In this document: one piece after another, positions 30,234-32,000 of the stretch | Layout: every line of letters begins with the position of its first letter | How positions within the stretch are numbered: position 1 is the stretch's first letter | Source: Vibrio alginolyticus NBRC 15630 = ATCC 17749 | GTDB taxonomy: Bacteria > Pseudomonadota > Gammaproteobacteria > Enterobacterales > Vibrionaceae | Assembly (NCBI RefSeq): GCF_000354175.2 | Contig: NC_022349.1 | Span: 2,790,001 to 2,822,000, forward strand | Direction of reading: 5' to 3' | Length of the DNA: 32,000 nucleotides | Made by a program: the position numbers and the translations under genes | The notes under the pieces: generated by a model | The model's input: the letters and a program-made list of their open reading frames with translations, nothing else | Told to the model about the DNA's origin: nothing | Databases searched by the model: none

Positions 30234-31151
30234 ATGATCAGACAACGTACTCTGAAAGAAATAGTGAAAACAACTGGTGTGGGTCTCCACTCTGGTCGTA
30301 AAGTCACACTTACTCTGCGCCCGGCTGCTGCAAATACAGGTATCATTTACCGTCGTACAGATGTAAATCCACCTGTAGATTTTCCAGCTGATCCAGCTTC
30401 GGTTCGTGACACCATGCTTTGTACTGCATTGGTAAACGATGAAGGTGTGCGTATTTCAACTGTTGAGCACTTGAATGCGGCACTTGCTGGTATGGGCATC
30501 GATAACATTGTTGTCGAAGTAGACGCACCTGAAATTCCGATCATGGATGGTAGTGCAAGCCCATTTGTATACTTGCTACAACAAGCAGGTATCGAAACGC
30601 AAAATGCGCCAAAACGCTTCATCCGCATCAAAAAGCCAGTTCGTTTTGAAGATGGTGATAAATGGGCAGAATTTGTACCATTTAACGGCTTCCGTATGGA
30701 CTTCGAAATTGAGTTTAATCACCCAGCGATTGAATCAGACGAGCAACGTTTGCTGTTTGATTTCTCGTCAAAAGGCTTTGTTCGTGAGATTTCTCGAGCA
30801 CGTACGTTTGGCTTTATGCGTGATATCGAATATCTACAATCTCAAAACCTAGTTTTGGGTGGTAGTTTTGACAATGCTATCGTTTTGGATGATTACCGTA
30901 TTCTTAATGAAGAAGGTCTACGCTTTGAAAATGAGTTTGTGACTCACAAAGTGTTGGATGCGATTGGTGACCTTTACATGTGTGGCCACCCAATCATTGG
31001 TGAATTCCGTGCCTTTAAATCTGGCCACGGTTTAAATAACCAACTGTTACGTGCTGTTCTTGCAGATCAGGAAGCGTGGGAGTGGACTACATTCGAAGAA
31101 GAAGTCGGCTCACCAGTAGCATTCGCAGAACCAAATATGGTGCTTGCGTAA
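30234..31151 (+). CDS. lpxC: UDP-3-O-acyl-N-acetylglucosamine deacetylase
   Basis: The ORF track starts at GTG 30201. The ATG at 30234 gives 305 aa, the same length as E. coli LpxC, beginning [21 protein letters not shown] (E. coli [21 protein letters not shown]). It is highly similar throughout ([47 protein letters not shown]). Confidence 0.96.
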   Translation: MIRQRTLKEIVKTTGVGLHSGRKVTLTLRPAAANTGIIYRRTDVNPPVDFPADPASVRDTMLCTALVNDEGVRISTVEHLNAALAGMGIDNIVVEVDAPEIPIMDGSASPFVYLLQQAGIETQNAPKRFIRIKKPVRFEDGDKWAEFVPFNGFRMDFEIEFNHPAIESDEQRLLFDFSSKGFVREISRARTFGFMRDIEYLQSQNLVLGGSFDNAIVLDDYRILNEEGLRFENEFVTHKVLDAIGDLYMCGHPIIGEFRAFKSGHGLNNQLLRAVLADQEAWEWTTFEEEVGSPVAFAEPNMVLA

Positions 31152-31173
31152 ATACTTGGCATTAGAATTAATA

Positions 31174-31201
31174 AAAAACCAGGCTTATGCCTGGTTTTTT
31201 G
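31174..31201. terminator. Bidirectional rho-independent terminator between convergent lpxC and the DUF721-like gene
   Basis: AAAAAACCAGGC-TTAT-GCCTGGTTTTTT. The stem is flanked by an A-run and a T-run. Confidence 0.88.
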
Positions 31202-31264
31202 CTATTTGGCTTTAATCCTGGATTTATCAATAACATTCAAGTTTTCAGCATATTGAAATAACGT

Positions 31265-31723
31265 TCACTTACGATCTTCCTTTTCTGCTATATCGGCTAA
31301 TCGTTTTAAACGCTCTTGAATTTTCGGTGGCGCCATGTCGGCAATCGTCATTAATGACTTTGCTGCAGATGCGGTTAGTGGTGGACGCTTAGGTCTGTCG
31401 TCTTGTTGAAAGCGGTTTCGATATAGTGAAGGATTGATCCTCACTTCAACGCTCATCAGCTTGGCAAAGCCTTGAGTACGAAGTTTATTTAGGATCATGA
31501 GGCGATCGTAATCGATCTTCATTTTGATCGCGGCACTAGAGACATCGATCAATAGATGGCCGTTACGAACATTCGCTACTCGGCAATGATCGGCCGTCCC
31601 CGTGGGTAAGACCTCTTGCAAAGCTTGGTTAAGCTGTAAGATTTCTCCAGCATGTTCTTGAATCTGCTTGAACTGTGACTCAGCAATAACATCTTCAGTC
31701 GAGGTTGGACGGTGATCACGCAT
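31265..31723 (-). CDS. dciA: DUF721-family protein, probable DciA-type replicative helicase loader
   Basis: 152 aa. The central segment HCRVANVRNGHLLIDVSSAAIKMKIDYDRLMILNKLRTQGFAKLMSVEVRINP fits the DUF721 pattern as I remember it. A basic, Pro-rich and then helical C-terminal tail follows. Its position between lpxC and the (presumed) secA region is where I recall a DUF721 hypothetical gene in other Vibrio and Pseudomonas genomes. This is recognised from memory and not HMM-verified. The SD is weak. Confidence 0.55.
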   Translation of the reverse strand: MRDHRPTSTEDVIAESQFKQIQEHAGEILQLNQALQEVLPTGTADHCRVANVRNGHLLIDVSSAAIKMKIDYDRLMILNKLRTQGFAKLMSVEVRINPSLYRNRFQQDDRPKRPPLTASAAKSLMTIADMAPPKIQERLKRLADIAEKEDRK

Positions 31724-32000
31724 AGGTAAAATCTAATTTTGTTGAGATATAGCTATTCTAGAGCAGCTTTCTATCAAGGTATAGTTTACATTAACGTCTT
31801 TAGCTTCAGTTTTACAATGTAGCAAGGTAAAAAGCAAAGTTTGCTCTGGATGGATTACACATATTGCGGTATGCAATATCGGCTAATCAGTCACCACTTT
31901 AAGTAAAAACTTCAGAGTGCTTCAAACAAATACGTCTATTTATGGTTGTATCGATTAAAAATCCTTACACTAAGCCACATTGTTTCAAAACTTAGCCTTG

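Noticed and set aside
29888-30346. A 152-aa minus-strand ORF spanning the ftsZ 3' end, the ftsZ-lpxC spacer and the lpxC 5' end. Similar long antisense ORFs lie within ftsI (16697..17068), murD (21731..22096), ftsZ (29070..29381, 29559..29867) and lpoA (11738..12088).
   Set aside because: All are antisense to strongly conserved genes. They have no SD or promoter and their composition is low-complexity or Arg/Ser/Leu-rich, as is typical of shadow frames.
31724-32000. Tiny ORFs in the region upstream of the presumed secA, considered as possible secM-like leader peptides. One is the 18-codon MDYTYCGMQYRLISHHFK starting near 31841 and another is a 17-codon ORF near 31942. There is also a short palindrome, AGCAAAGTTTGCT.
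   Set aside because: They have no SD and no arrest-peptide-like motif, and the window ends before the downstream gene can be seen. There is not enough evidence.

Overview
This looks like a core-chromosome window from a Vibrio-like gammaproteobacterium. That assignment rests on gene order and on hand comparison of the ORF translations with E. coli orthologues I remember; no search was run. Coding density is about 90 percent and the content is housekeeping. Left to right: degS (partial) and degQ, zapG, zapE, rplM-rpsI, petABC (cytochrome bc1), sspAB, the minus-strand operon lpoA-yraN-diaA-dolP divergent from rsmI, and the RNase P RNA gene rnpB. The dcw cluster follows (rsmH-ftsL-ftsI-murE-murF-mraY-murD-ftsW-murG-murC-ftsQ-ftsA-ftsZ-lpxC), then a convergent DUF721/DciA-like gene. 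I saw no tRNA or rRNA genes, CRISPR arrays, IS elements, integrases, phage genes or defence-island hallmarks. I found no evidence of a novel multi-gene system and regard this as an ordinary conserved region. The points most worth a second look are modest. (1) The dcw cluster has no mraZ, and rnpB with its terminator sits 135 nt upstream of rsmH. (2) The 152-aa gene after lpxC is probably a DciA-type helicase loader. (3) A sigma-E-like promoter lies upstream of degQ. (4) The 610-nt AT-rich region upstream of petA carries repeated motifs. (5) A palindrome flanked by direct repeats lies in the lpoA/rsmI divergent promoter region. The ORF-track starts for rpsI, sspA, murC, ftsZ and lpxC are upstream over-extensions; I moved them to the start that aligns with the orthologue.
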